From an uncultured Actinomycetes bacterium (GTDB lineage Bacteria > Actinomycetota > Thermoleophilia > UBA2241), in assembly GCA_963725665.1 (NCBI GenBank), contig CAVRZA010000004.1, positions 576,001-640,000 of the forward strand: 64,000 nt of DNA, written 5' to 3'. This document shows positions 54,297 to 62,499 of this stretch, piece by piece. The notes beneath the pieces were generated by a model. The model was given only the letters and a program-made list of their open reading frames with translations. It was not told the DNA's origin and ran no database searches. The position numbers and the translations under genes are program-made. Each line of letters starts with the position of its first letter. Position 1 is the first letter of the stretch.

Positions 54297-55712
54297 TTAG
54301 CGCTGCAGTTTCGCCAGCGCCATGTCGGACCCGGTGACGGCGTCGACGACGGTGCCCGTGACGAACACGGCGCCCGGCGCCAGGGCGAGGCTGACCGCCT
54401 CATTTGCGCTGCCGTTGGCCGTGCCCTTGTACGTGGTGAGCCAGAGTCGCTGGGAGAGGTTTCGCGGGTACTGCGCGACCACGGCGGAAGTGACGCCCGT
54501 GCCGCTCGTAGTGAAACCCCCGACGAACACGTCGCCCGCCGCATCGCAGGCGATGGTGCCGAAGGCGTCGGCCAGGTAGCCGCCGCCGTCGTAGCTCGCC
54601 AAGCTGCGAGACAGACCGTTCGGTGCGACGCTCATGACGAGGCCGTCGGGGTGCGTACCCAGGGCGACCGTTCTGCCGGCGGCATGCACCCAGCCGCCGC
54701 CGTCGACGGCGACGTCGGCGATCTCGTCGCGTCCGGCCTTCCCGGTGACGACCCACCTCCACCCTTCGGCCCCCGCGGCCGAGTACTTCACCATGAGGGC
54801 GTCAACGCCGGAGCCTTGGTATCTCGTGTGGCCGCCGGCGAACACAGCGCCGTTCGCGCCGAGCGCGACAGAGGTCAGAGCGTCACCGTGCGTGCCGCCG
54901 CTCTGCCGCCGGACCCAGAGCAACTCGCCGGAGGCCGAGTACTTGAGCAGGAGCCCGGCCGTCTGAGAGTTGCGCGCGAGGGCGGTCGAGCCGACGACGA
55001 CCGCACTCCCGTTGCGGTCGACGGCGACATCGGCGCCCCTGTCGGCGCGGTGGGCGGCGCCGTCCCACGTGCGCAGCCAGAGCCGCTTGCCCGCGGGCGT
55101 GTACTTGGCGAGCGCCGCGTTGGCGCCGCTGCCGCGCCTGGAGTTCCAGCCGGCGACGAGCACGTTGCCGGAACGGTCGAGGACCAGGGCGCTGGCCTTG
55201 TCTGGCCCCGAGGCGCCGCCGATGAAGCGCTGCCAGAGGAGCTCGCCGGTGGAGCTGAACTTGAGAACGACGAGGTCGCGGCTGCCTGCACGAGTGGTCT
55301 GGCCGGCCACGTAGACGGCGCCGGCCGGGCTCACGTCGACGCTCGTTGCGGCGTCGGGCCCGTGACCCGGTCCGTCGTATGGTGTCGCCCAGAGTGATCC
55401 GTCGGTGGCGCGTGCGACAAGGACGATGTCCGAACCGCCTCGGCCAGCCCGGAGCGTGCCGGCGGCGTACACCGTGCCGTTCTCGCCGACCGCCACGGCG
55501 CTGCCGCGGTCGACACCCGAGCCGACGGGCGGATAGGCCCGGAGCCAGAGTAGCTCGCCGGGGGCGATAGCCAGCGCCGCGAGGGGCGCGGCGAGCGCAG
55601 CGAGGCCGGCCAGCGTCAGCAGGGCCACGAGACACAGAGCGCTCCGTGTTGCCGAGAACCTGCGCGCAGCCGCGCGCTGCGATGAGCGTCGAAACGCTCT
55701 GTTACCGAGCAT
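54297..55712 (-). CDS. Secreted beta-propeller repeat protein (SBBP-like)
   Basis: Signal peptide and about seven repeats of VAVD..G.V.VAG...D....KY...G..LW. Confidence 0.8.
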   Translation of the reverse strand: MLGNRAFRRSSQRAAARRFSATRSALCLVALLTLAGLAALAAPLAALAIAPGELLWLRAYPPVGSGVDRGSAVAVGENGTVYAAGTLRAGRGGSDIVLVARATDGSLWATPYDGPGHGPDAATSVDVSPAGAVYVAGQTTRAGSRDLVVLKFSSTGELLWQRFIGGASGPDKASALVLDRSGNVLVAGWNSRRGSGANAALAKYTPAGKRLWLRTWDGAAHRADRGADVAVDRNGSAVVVGSTALARNSQTAGLLLKYSASGELLWVRRQSGGTHGDALTSVALGANGAVFAGGHTRYQGSGVDALMVKYSAAGAEGWRWVVTGKAGRDEIADVAVDGGGWVHAAGRTVALGTHPDGLVMSVAPNGLSRSLASYDGGGYLADAFGTIACDAAGDVFVGGFTTSGTGVTSAVVAQYPRNLSQRLWLTTYKGTANGSANEAVSLALAPGAVFVTGTVVDAVTGSDMALAKLQR

Positions 55713-55986
55713 GATGGACACCTTCCTTCGCGCCGTTCGAGCACGACAAGTATAGGACCGCTGGTGACGCAGAGTCCGGGCAACCGTCGTCCGGCCAGAC
55801 AACGAGCTCCACTGCCCCGCTTCTTCGACGCCGAAGTCCTCCCGCGACGTCGAGGGCTCCGGCGGGCCATTTCCTATCATTGCTGTCAGATTAGCAACCT
55901 TACGACCGGGGTACCGGTAGACCGTGCTGTGGAACGGGCCACTCGAGACCGCGTCTCTCGTGGACCGACCGACGGAAGGGGGATCC

Positions 55987-56436
55987 ATGGCCACCGTAGA
56001 GCAGTCGATCGAGGTCGACGTACCGCTCGTGAGCGTGCAGGAGGGTTGGGAGCGATTCGCCGAGTGGGTCCTCATCGGCAACTACCGCCTCGTCTGCGAC
56101 GCCTTGAGCTGCGAGCGATTGACGGACGGGGAGACGGTGAGCTTCACCGGGCTCGGCAGTAGTCGCTCGCGGATCACCGTCCACTTCGACTTCGATGATG
56201 CGTCGTCTCCCGACCCCGCCGAGAAGCTGCGCCACATCAGCACGCGGCTCGCCCAGGACCTAATGTACTTCCGGGAGTACCTGGACACGGACCTCACCGG
56301 GCGCTATCGCGAGACTCGCGAGCAGAGGGGCGGGACCGCCCGCGACGACCGTGCGGGCCGCTCGCGTCTGACGCCGGATTCCTTGATCGAGCGCGATGAC
56401 GAGGACACGTTCGGAAGCCCGCACTACCAGGCGTGA
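55987..56436 (+). CDS. Short SRPBCC/polyketide-cyclase-like protein
   Basis: MATVEQSIEVDVP...W N-terminus and C-terminal DL..FREYL. Confidence 0.6.
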   Translation: MATVEQSIEVDVPLVSVQEGWERFAEWVLIGNYRLVCDALSCERLTDGETVSFTGLGSSRSRITVHFDFDDASSPDPAEKLRHISTRLAQDLMYFREYLDTDLTGRYRETREQRGGTARDDRAGRSRLTPDSLIERDDEDTFGSPHYQA

Positions 56437-56441
56437 ACTTC

Positions 56442-56481
56442 AGAGCCGCGCGCGAGGCTCTCGAGCCTCGCGCGCGGCTCT
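56442..56481. terminator. 19-bp inverted repeat between convergent genes
   Basis: AGAGCCGCGCGCGAGGCTC-tc-GAGCCTCGCGCGCGGCTCT. Confidence 0.7.
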
Positions 56482-58172
56482 CACCGCGACGGAGGCGTCT
56501 CTGTCCGCAGCGTCACCGGCCGGCGGGCTGCTTCGTCGCCCGCGAACTGACCCAGCCTCGTCCCCGTGAAGAGCGCCGGGACGACGGCGATGAAGGCCGC
56601 CAGCGCTGCGGCGTAGAACGGCCAGCGGAACGAACCCGCGATGTTGTCCTTGTAGATGGCCGCGATGTGGCTCGAGAGTTGCTGCTGCATCTGCGCCTGG
56701 GGTGATCCGGCCGGATACTGCGGTGCTCCTGCCAGAGGGTCCTTCAGCCGCGCGCCGGCCTCGCCGCCCGCCTTCATCTTGGCCGCGCTGGTGACGATGT
56801 CGCCGGCGATCTGCTTTCGCGCCGCCGCGGGGATCTGCTGCTGCGCGGCGACGTAGGCGACGGCTTGCCGCGTCGCCGTGGCCGCGGTCGTGGCCACGGT
56901 GTGCGTGAAGATCGAGACGAGGATCGCTACACCCAGCACGAAGCCTATCTGGCGCACCATATTGAGCGAGCCCGAGCCGACTCCCCGTGACTGCATCGGC
57001 AACGAGCTGACTGAAGCGGCCGACAAGGTCGGCATCGCGAAGCCCATGCCGGCGCCCAGGAAGACGACGCGCCACATGGCGTCGGGCAGCGTCGTGGATG
57101 CGTCCATCTGCGCCAGGAGCACAAGCCCGACCCCCATGCTCACGGCGCCGATAGCCGCGGGGAAGCGCGGTCCGATGCGGTCGACCAGGCGGCCCGAGTT
57201 GGGGGCGATGACGAGGGCGACGAGCGGCATGATCGTCAGCGCCAGGGCGGCGTTCAGCTCGCTGTATCCGAGCACGTTCACGAGGAAGATGACGAGGAGG
57301 AGAAAGGCGCCCCCCATGGCTGTGGCGAAGGCGAGCATGGCCGAGTTGGCGGCGGTGAACGAGCGGATGCGCAGGAGTCTGAAGTCGAACATGGGGAAGC
57401 GGGCTCCGCGCAGCTCCCAGATCACGAAGAGAGGGTAGCTCACGACTGCCAGGACGAGCAGCGTGACGATGCGCGCCGAGCTCCAGCCCCAGCTGTTGCC
57501 CTCGATCAGGCCGAGGGTGAGACAGAAGAGACCGAACGCAGCGATGCCCATGCCGACGAAGTCGATGCCTTCGCTGGTGAGCCTCTCGGTGTGCTTCGCC
57601 TCGGGGATGACGCTGAGCGCGAACAGGAACGCGGCGATGCCGATGGGGATGTTGACGAAGAAGATCCAGTGCCAGCTGAAGTACTCGACCAGGACGCCCC
57701 CCAGGCTCGGTCCCACGGCTGCGGCCGCGGTGCCGAGGGCGCCCCAGATGCCCACGGCCATGCCTTGCTGCTCGCGTGGGAACACGCCCAGGAGGATGGC
57801 GAGGGAGACGGGCGCCATCGCGGCGCCGCCCACAGCCTGTCCGACGCGGAAAGCGATCAGCCACTCGATGTTGGGCGCCAGGCCACAGAAGAGCGAGAAG
57901 AGGGTGAACATGGCCAAGCCGAACAGGAAGATGCGCTTCTGCCCCCAGCGGTCGGCGAGCACGCCCATGGAGAGGAACAGCACCGCCAGCGTGAGGTTGT
58001 AGGCGTTCAGCACCCACGAGACCTTCGTCACTGTCGTCCCTAGGTCGCTGATGATCGCCGGCACGGCGATGTTGACGATGGTCACGTCGAGGAGGGCCAT
58101 GAACATGCCCAGCGAGACGGCGGCGAGAATCCACCAGCGCCTCGGGTCCACGGTCACGGCGGCATCACTCAT
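56481..58172 (-). CDS. DHA2 MFS efflux transporter
   Basis: LLDVTIVNIAVP, LADRWGQKR and WIFFVNIPIG. Confidence 0.93.
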   Translation of the reverse strand: MSDAAVTVDPRRWWILAAVSLGMFMALLDVTIVNIAVPAIISDLGTTVTKVSWVLNAYNLTLAVLFLSMGVLADRWGQKRIFLFGLAMFTLFSLFCGLAPNIEWLIAFRVGQAVGGAAMAPVSLAILLGVFPREQQGMAVGIWGALGTAAAAVGPSLGGVLVEYFSWHWIFFVNIPIGIAAFLFALSVIPEAKHTERLTSEGIDFVGMGIAAFGLFCLTLGLIEGNSWGWSSARIVTLLVLAVVSYPLFVIWELRGARFPMFDFRLLRIRSFTAANSAMLAFATAMGGAFLLLVIFLVNVLGYSELNAALALTIMPLVALVIAPNSGRLVDRIGPRFPAAIGAVSMGVGLVLLAQMDASTTLPDAMWRVVFLGAGMGFAMPTLSAASVSSLPMQSRGVGSGSLNMVRQIGFVLGVAILVSIFTHTVATTAATATRQAVAYVAAQQQIPAAARKQIAGDIVTSAAKMKAGGEAGARLKDPLAGAPQYPAGSPQAQMQQQLSSHIAAIYKDNIAGSFRWPFYAAALAAFIAVVPALFTGTRLGQFAGDEAARRPVTLRTETPPSR

Positions 58173-58218
58173 CAGTTCTCCTTGTCGTCCGGGCAGCCGC
58201 CCGCCTACGAGACACCGA

Positions 58219-59784
58219 CTAGAGCAGCTCGGACAGTCCCGCCTTCTGCTTGCCGCGCAGGGCGTCGGGCGCCGGCAGGCGCCCGACGCGCATGAGCGCG
58301 GCGAAGGCGCCGGTCTCTGCGCTCTGCGTGCCGCACGCCGCCACGAGCCTGCCGCCCTTCGCGTAGAAGGCGGTGAAGTCGCGCTTCTCGATGTCGCCGC
58401 AGACGATGAGGTCGTCGAAGCCCTGACCCGCGCCGACGTAGTCGAAGGCGCGGGTGAACTGCTGCGTCCAGAAGAACGGCACGCCGGTGAACGGCCGGCC
58501 TCTGCCGGCCATGGACGCCGCAGCCGCCCGCCCGAGCTGTTCGGCGAGGCGCCAGTGCTCGATGCGCACGCGCTCGCCGGTGTGGGCCTCTGGGTAGCGC
58601 GCGACGTCGCCGGCGGCCCACACGCCGGGCGCCAGGCGCAGCTCCTCGTCGACCGGCAGGCCGCCGTCCGCGTCGCGCGGCACGCCCCGCACGAACGCCG
58701 TGTTAGGCACGACGCCGACGCCGACGACGACGACGTCGGCGGGGAGCGTCGAGCCGTCGTCGAGCTCGACCGCGGCGACCGTGCCCTCACCGGTGAACCG
58801 CGCCACATTGCGGCCGAGGCTAAACCGCGTGCCCTTCTTCTCGTGCAGGTCCATGATCGTGCGCCCGACGGGCTCGCCCAGGACGCGCGCGAAGGGCACG
58901 GCGTCGGGTCCCACCACCGTCACCGACAGACCTCGCGCCAGCAGGCTGGTGGCGACCTCCATGCCGATGAAGCTCGAGCCGACGACGACGGCGTTCGTGG
59001 CGCCGTCGAGAGCCGCGATGATGGCCTCGCAGTCGTCCCAGGAGCGCAAGGTGAAGACCCCATCGAGGTCGGCGCCCGGGATCTCCAGGAGGCGCGGCGA
59101 GGAGCCGGTGGCCACCAGAACGGCATCGGCGGAGAGGCCGGTACCGTCCGCGAGGGTGACCGTGCGCGTGGGCACATCGAGAGCGGTGATCCGTCCTGCT
59201 ATGCGCTGGACGCCGCGTTTCTCGTAGAAGCCGGGGGAACGCAGCGGCAGCCAGTCGGCCTTCATCTCGCCGGCCAGGTAGTCCTTGCTCAGGTTCGGCC
59301 GGTCGTAGGGCCAGCGGTCCTCCTGGGTGATGACCAGGATGCGCCCCTCGTAGCCCTCCTCGCGTAGGGCTTCGACGGCCGTCGCCGCGGCGGCACCGCC
59401 GCCCAGGATGGCGAAGGTGCGTGGGTCGCGCGATGTGTCGCAGGTAGAGTGGGGCATCGGGCGCTGCGACTTGGCGTCGTCGGGACGGTCGACGTAGATG
59501 TCGCTGCCCTCGACGCGCACTGTGAAGCTCGGGATGGCGTCGAGCGGCGGCGGTTCGAGCAGGTCGCCGGTGCGCACGTCGAAGGTCCCCTGATGGTAGG
59601 GACAGGTGATGCGACCGTCATGGAGAGTGCCCTCGGGCAGCGGGCCGCCGTAGTGCGGGCAGCGCGCGCCGGTGGCGTGATGGGCGCCGTCGACCTTGGC
59701 CAGCAAGACCTTCTTGCCGCCCACCTCGACCTGCTTCATCTGCCCGTCCTGGAGCTCCTCGGTGCTTGCCACGCGCTCTTCCAT
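58219..59784 (-). CDS. Rieske ferredoxin fused to an FAD-dependent reductase (AIF3-like)
   Basis: CPHYGG and CPYHQG; PYDRPNLSK, AAGDVA, RIEHW and VPFFWT. Confidence 0.92.
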   Translation of the reverse strand: MEERVASTEELQDGQMKQVEVGGKKVLLAKVDGAHHATGARCPHYGGPLPEGTLHDGRITCPYHQGTFDVRTGDLLEPPPLDAIPSFTVRVEGSDIYVDRPDDAKSQRPMPHSTCDTSRDPRTFAILGGGAAAATAVEALREEGYEGRILVITQEDRWPYDRPNLSKDYLAGEMKADWLPLRSPGFYEKRGVQRIAGRITALDVPTRTVTLADGTGLSADAVLVATGSSPRLLEIPGADLDGVFTLRSWDDCEAIIAALDGATNAVVVGSSFIGMEVATSLLARGLSVTVVGPDAVPFARVLGEPVGRTIMDLHEKKGTRFSLGRNVARFTGEGTVAAVELDDGSTLPADVVVVGVGVVPNTAFVRGVPRDADGGLPVDEELRLAPGVWAAGDVARYPEAHTGERVRIEHWRLAEQLGRAAAASMAGRGRPFTGVPFFWTQQFTRAFDYVGAGQGFDDLIVCGDIEKRDFTAFYAKGGRLVAACGTQSAETGAFAALMRVGRLPAPDALRGKQKAGLSELL

Positions 59785-59918
59785 GCCTTCGTCTCCCGGT
59801 CGTCAGGACGGCCGCGCGGCCCGGCGCCGCGCGTGTCGTTGCGCCGCGCGGCGCCGGGCCGCGCGGCGGACCCAAGCCTACTACAGACCGTTGCGGCGCA
59901 GTCCGCGGCTGTCCGGCG

Positions 59919-60272
59919 CTAGTCGGTGTCGAGCGGCGCGCCGCGCTGGCGCTTCTTCTGCGCGCGGCGCGCCTTCTCGACGAGGCGCCGCTCGACGGCT
60001 GCCGTAGAGGGTCGCGTCGGCCGCCTGGGCGGCGCCTCGTAGGCCAGAGTCTCGAGGCGTTCGCGCAGGCGGCGCAGGCAGGTGGTCTTGTTCTGGAGCT
60101 GGCTCCGCCGGGCGCGGCAGGTGACGACGATGCCAGTGGGGCGGTGGCGCAGGCGGACGCCGCTGTCGGTCACGTTCTGGTGCTGGCCTCCTGGTCCGCC
60201 GGAGCGAAACGTCTCGACGTCACACTGCGCCAGGAGCTCGTCGTCGGACTCGGATATCTCTTCCGCAGTCAT
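59919..60272 (-). CDS. Stand-alone GGQ peptidyl-tRNA hydrolase, ArfB-like ribosome rescue factor (117 aa)
   Basis: RSGGPGGQHQN, RSQLQNK and the basic tail RRPTRPS...ERRLVEK...KK..R. Confidence 0.85.
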   Translation of the reverse strand: MTAEEISESDDELLAQCDVETFRSGGPGGQHQNVTDSGVRLRHRPTGIVVTCRARRSQLQNKTTCLRRLRERLETLAYEAPPRRPTRPSTAAVERRLVEKARRAQKKRQRGAPLDTD

Positions 60273-60354
60273 CCTGCCTCGGAGTCTTCCACCCACCGTC
60301 GAGGCCCGCAAGCACGCCACCCTTGAGCTGGGTGCACTGCGCGCTCCTTGGGGG

Positions 60355-60360
60355 TACACT
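60355..60360 (+). promoter_or_regulatory. -10 element TACACT predicting a TSS at 60367
   Basis: TANNNT box followed by 6 nt and then the first base of the hairpin; same spacing as five leaderless starts in this window. Confidence 0.6.
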
Positions 60361-60366
60361 TGCGGC

Positions 60367-60417
60367 GGACCCGCGAGCGAGGAAGGCCCTTCGGGGCTGT
60401 AAAGCTCACGGGTCTTT
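60367..60417 (+). ncRNA. Candidate small RNA mimicking 16S rRNA helix 16
   Basis: GGACCCG-C-GAGC-GAGGAA-GGCCC-TTCG-GGGCT-GTAAA-GCTC-A-CGGGTCT-TT: the h16 internal loop and cUUCGg cap on a non-rRNA closing stem. Confidence 0.65.
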
Positions 60418-60512
60418 GTCGTTCGCTGAAAGTCCTCTCCGTTCCACGACGGGCTCCCAGGTGCGCCGGCCGGTCCTCACCGTTCGCCCGCCGACGCTCG
60501 TCGCCTGGCCGC

Positions 60513-60586
60513 CACCGAGTCATCGGGGCGGGCCCTCGTCAGTCGCCGTCACCGACTCATCGGAACGAGCCCTCGTCAGCCGGCCT
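60513..60586. repeat. Imperfect 37-bp tandem duplication over the NAD-kinase stop codon
   Basis: CACCGAGTCATCGGGGCGGGCCCTCGTCAGTCGCCGT vs CACCGACTCATCGGAACGAGCCCTCGTCAGCCGGCCT. Confidence 0.7.
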
Positions 60587-61748
60587 CGGTCGAGACGGGG
60601 TAGATGGTGCTCTCGTTGAGGTTCGTCACGACCCTGCGATAGCCGCACAGCTCGGCGTTGAGATCGTCGTCCCCGGTGTCGACCAGGAGTGGGCGCTCCT
60701 CGAGCGCGAGCAGCTTCTGATGGGTCGCTACGACCACGATGTTGTCCAGGCCGACCTGGCGCAGCACGCGCGGGCTGATCTGCTGGTTGCCGCGTCCGAA
60801 GATGTGACCCTGGCCGCCGATGGCCGTCACGACGACGGTCGCCGGCCGCTCGGCCGTGAGCCGCAAGAGGTCGTTCTCGCTGACGTCGCTCGCGACCACC
60901 GCGCGCTCGCCCACCACGTCGACGCCTAGCAACGTGTTGGGCAGCTCCAGGATGCGCATGATGCCGCGCGTCGTCGTGCCGGGTCCGATGACATAGAGCC
61001 GGCCCGGCTGCATGCCGTTGACGACCTCGCTGGCGATACCCTCCAGGGCTACGGCGTCGCTTCCGCCGGCGCCGGCCTTGGCGCTCTGCAGGAGGTTGCG
61101 CTGGTAGGGCACGCGCAGGTAGCCGTAGAGGCGCGCCGAGACCCGATCCTCTCTGAAGGCCTCCTCATCGATGTCCATGACCTCGGCCTCACGCAGCTCT
61201 ACGCCGCGCGCCTCAGGCCTGAAGAAGAGAGCGGCGAGGTCGCCGGCCGCCGCCGGCGTGGTCGCATAGACGGCGGAGTGGATCTTGACCCCCGCCGGGA
61301 TGCCCAGCGTGGCGATCTCTGTGCCGATGGCGTCGTAGATGTTGCGCGCGGTGCCGTCGCCGCCGGCGAAGAGCAGCAGGTCGACACCGATGTCGCGCAT
61401 CGCGCGGGCCGCGTTGACGGTGTCCTCGGCGGTCGTGGCCGGCGCGCCGTCGGGCAGCGGAGCGCCCCACGGCGCGCCGATGACGCTGTCGAGGACGCGG
61501 GGCGTGAAGCCGGCAGCGACGGCCTCGTCGGCGCCCATCTCGCCGGGGCAGGTCACGAGGTCGATGTCGCCGGCCAGGCCGGCGAGGCGCGCGAGGGCCT
61601 GCTGGGCGCGGCGCGGGCTCTCCCGCGCCGCGCCCAGCTCGAGCGCGCGCCGCAAGATCTCGATGCCGTCGCTTCCCTTGAGCCCGACGCGGCCGCCGAC
61701 CCCCGCTACGGGGTTGACTATCAGGCCCAGCGTCTTGCGTTGCGTCAT
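60576..61748 (-). CDS. ATP-NAD kinase family protein (AcoX-related)
   Basis: IVNPVAGVGGRVGLKGSDG, GGDGTAR, GVKIHS and GRGNQQ. Confidence 0.9.
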   Translation of the reverse strand: MTQRKTLGLIVNPVAGVGGRVGLKGSDGIEILRRALELGAARESPRRAQQALARLAGLAGDIDLVTCPGEMGADEAVAAGFTPRVLDSVIGAPWGAPLPDGAPATTAEDTVNAARAMRDIGVDLLLFAGGDGTARNIYDAIGTEIATLGIPAGVKIHSAVYATTPAAAGDLAALFFRPEARGVELREAEVMDIDEEAFREDRVSARLYGYLRVPYQRNLLQSAKAGAGGSDAVALEGIASEVVNGMQPGRLYVIGPGTTTRGIMRILELPNTLLGVDVVGERAVVASDVSENDLLRLTAERPATVVVTAIGGQGHIFGRGNQQISPRVLRQVGLDNIVVVATHQKLLALEERPLLVDTGDDDLNAELCGYRRVVTNLNESTIYPVSTEAG

Positions 61749-61800
61749 CTCTGCTTCAGGGTCGTGGCGTCTCGGAGTAGCAGGGCGGGCGCAAGGCGGG

Positions 61801-62400
61801 CTAGTGCCGCTTGCGCCCGCCCTTGCGCTGCCTGCTCTTCGGATTCGACTGCGCGCGCTCGCGGTTGGGCTTCGACGGAGGTCGCGATGCGCGCGTCTGC
61901 GCGCGCCCCGCTCGCGCCGCCGCACGCTGCCGGTTGCGCTCCCGCGCCTTTTCCTCCTGCTTGGCGAGGTAGGCGGGCGAGAACAGAGTGAGGATGCCGT
62001 ACGCGGCCGCGCCGGGCAGCACCAGCGATGCCAGGGCTGCGGCAAAGCGGGCGTCGCCGACGAGCGCGAGGCCAAACGCCGCGGCCGCCGTCGCCGCGAG
62101 CACGACGTAGGCCGCCCGCATCCGCTCGCGAGGCACCAGCCGGTCGCGCAGGAAGGAGGCGTTCAGCCCCAGCACGAGCATCTCGGCGCAGACGAGGGTG
62201 GCCAACACCAGCGCCGCCAGCGCAAGGGGCTTCGCGACACTGCTCGTCCAAGTCCTGGCCACGACCAGGCTGACCGTGGCGTAGCCCGTGTAGAGGGTCG
62301 TGAAGACGAGCGCGGCCACGAGCACGCCACGGGCCAGGGTGCCCGTCCGACGCTGCGAGCCGCGGCCGGTCCCGCTCGGTTGCTGCTCCGTGGGTGTCAC
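61801..62400 (-). CDS. Hypothetical membrane protein (4-5 TMs, basic tail)
   Basis: Hydrophobic segments; GTG 62400 overlaps the stop codon of the upstream small ORF. Confidence 0.65.
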   Translation of the reverse strand: MTPTEQQPSGTGRGSQRRTGTLARGVLVAALVFTTLYTGYATVSLVVARTWTSSVAKPLALAALVLATLVCAEMLVLGLNASFLRDRLVPRERMRAAYVVLAATAAAAFGLALVGDARFAAALASLVLPGAAAYGILTLFSPAYLAKQEEKARERNRQRAAARAGRAQTRASRPPSKPNRERAQSNPKSRQRKGGRKRH

Positions 62401-62495
62401 GTCGGCTTGGTGAACCTCCTGGCGAGCCACCACACGGCCACGCCGAGAGCCACCGAGACGGTGGCAAAGAGCAGCGTCTTGATCAAGAAGCGCAT
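62397..62495 (-). CDS. 32-aa single-TM peptide MRFLIKTLLFATVSVALGVAVWWLARRFTKPT (below the ORF-track cutoff)
   Basis: GGAGAGGA RBS inside the gcvPB 3' end, GTG/ATG start right after the gcvPB stop, GTGA coupling to the next gene. Confidence 0.6.
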   Translation of the reverse strand: MRFLIKTLLFATVSVALGVAVWWLARRFTKPT

Positions 62496-62499
62496 CACG

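Noticed and set aside
60367-60417. A 16S rRNA gene fragment, or merely a terminator
   Set aside because: Similarity is confined to h16 with compensatory stem changes and non-rRNA flanks. A plain terminator would not need the specific 6x5 internal loop. A secondary role as terminator for the minus-strand operon is not excluded.
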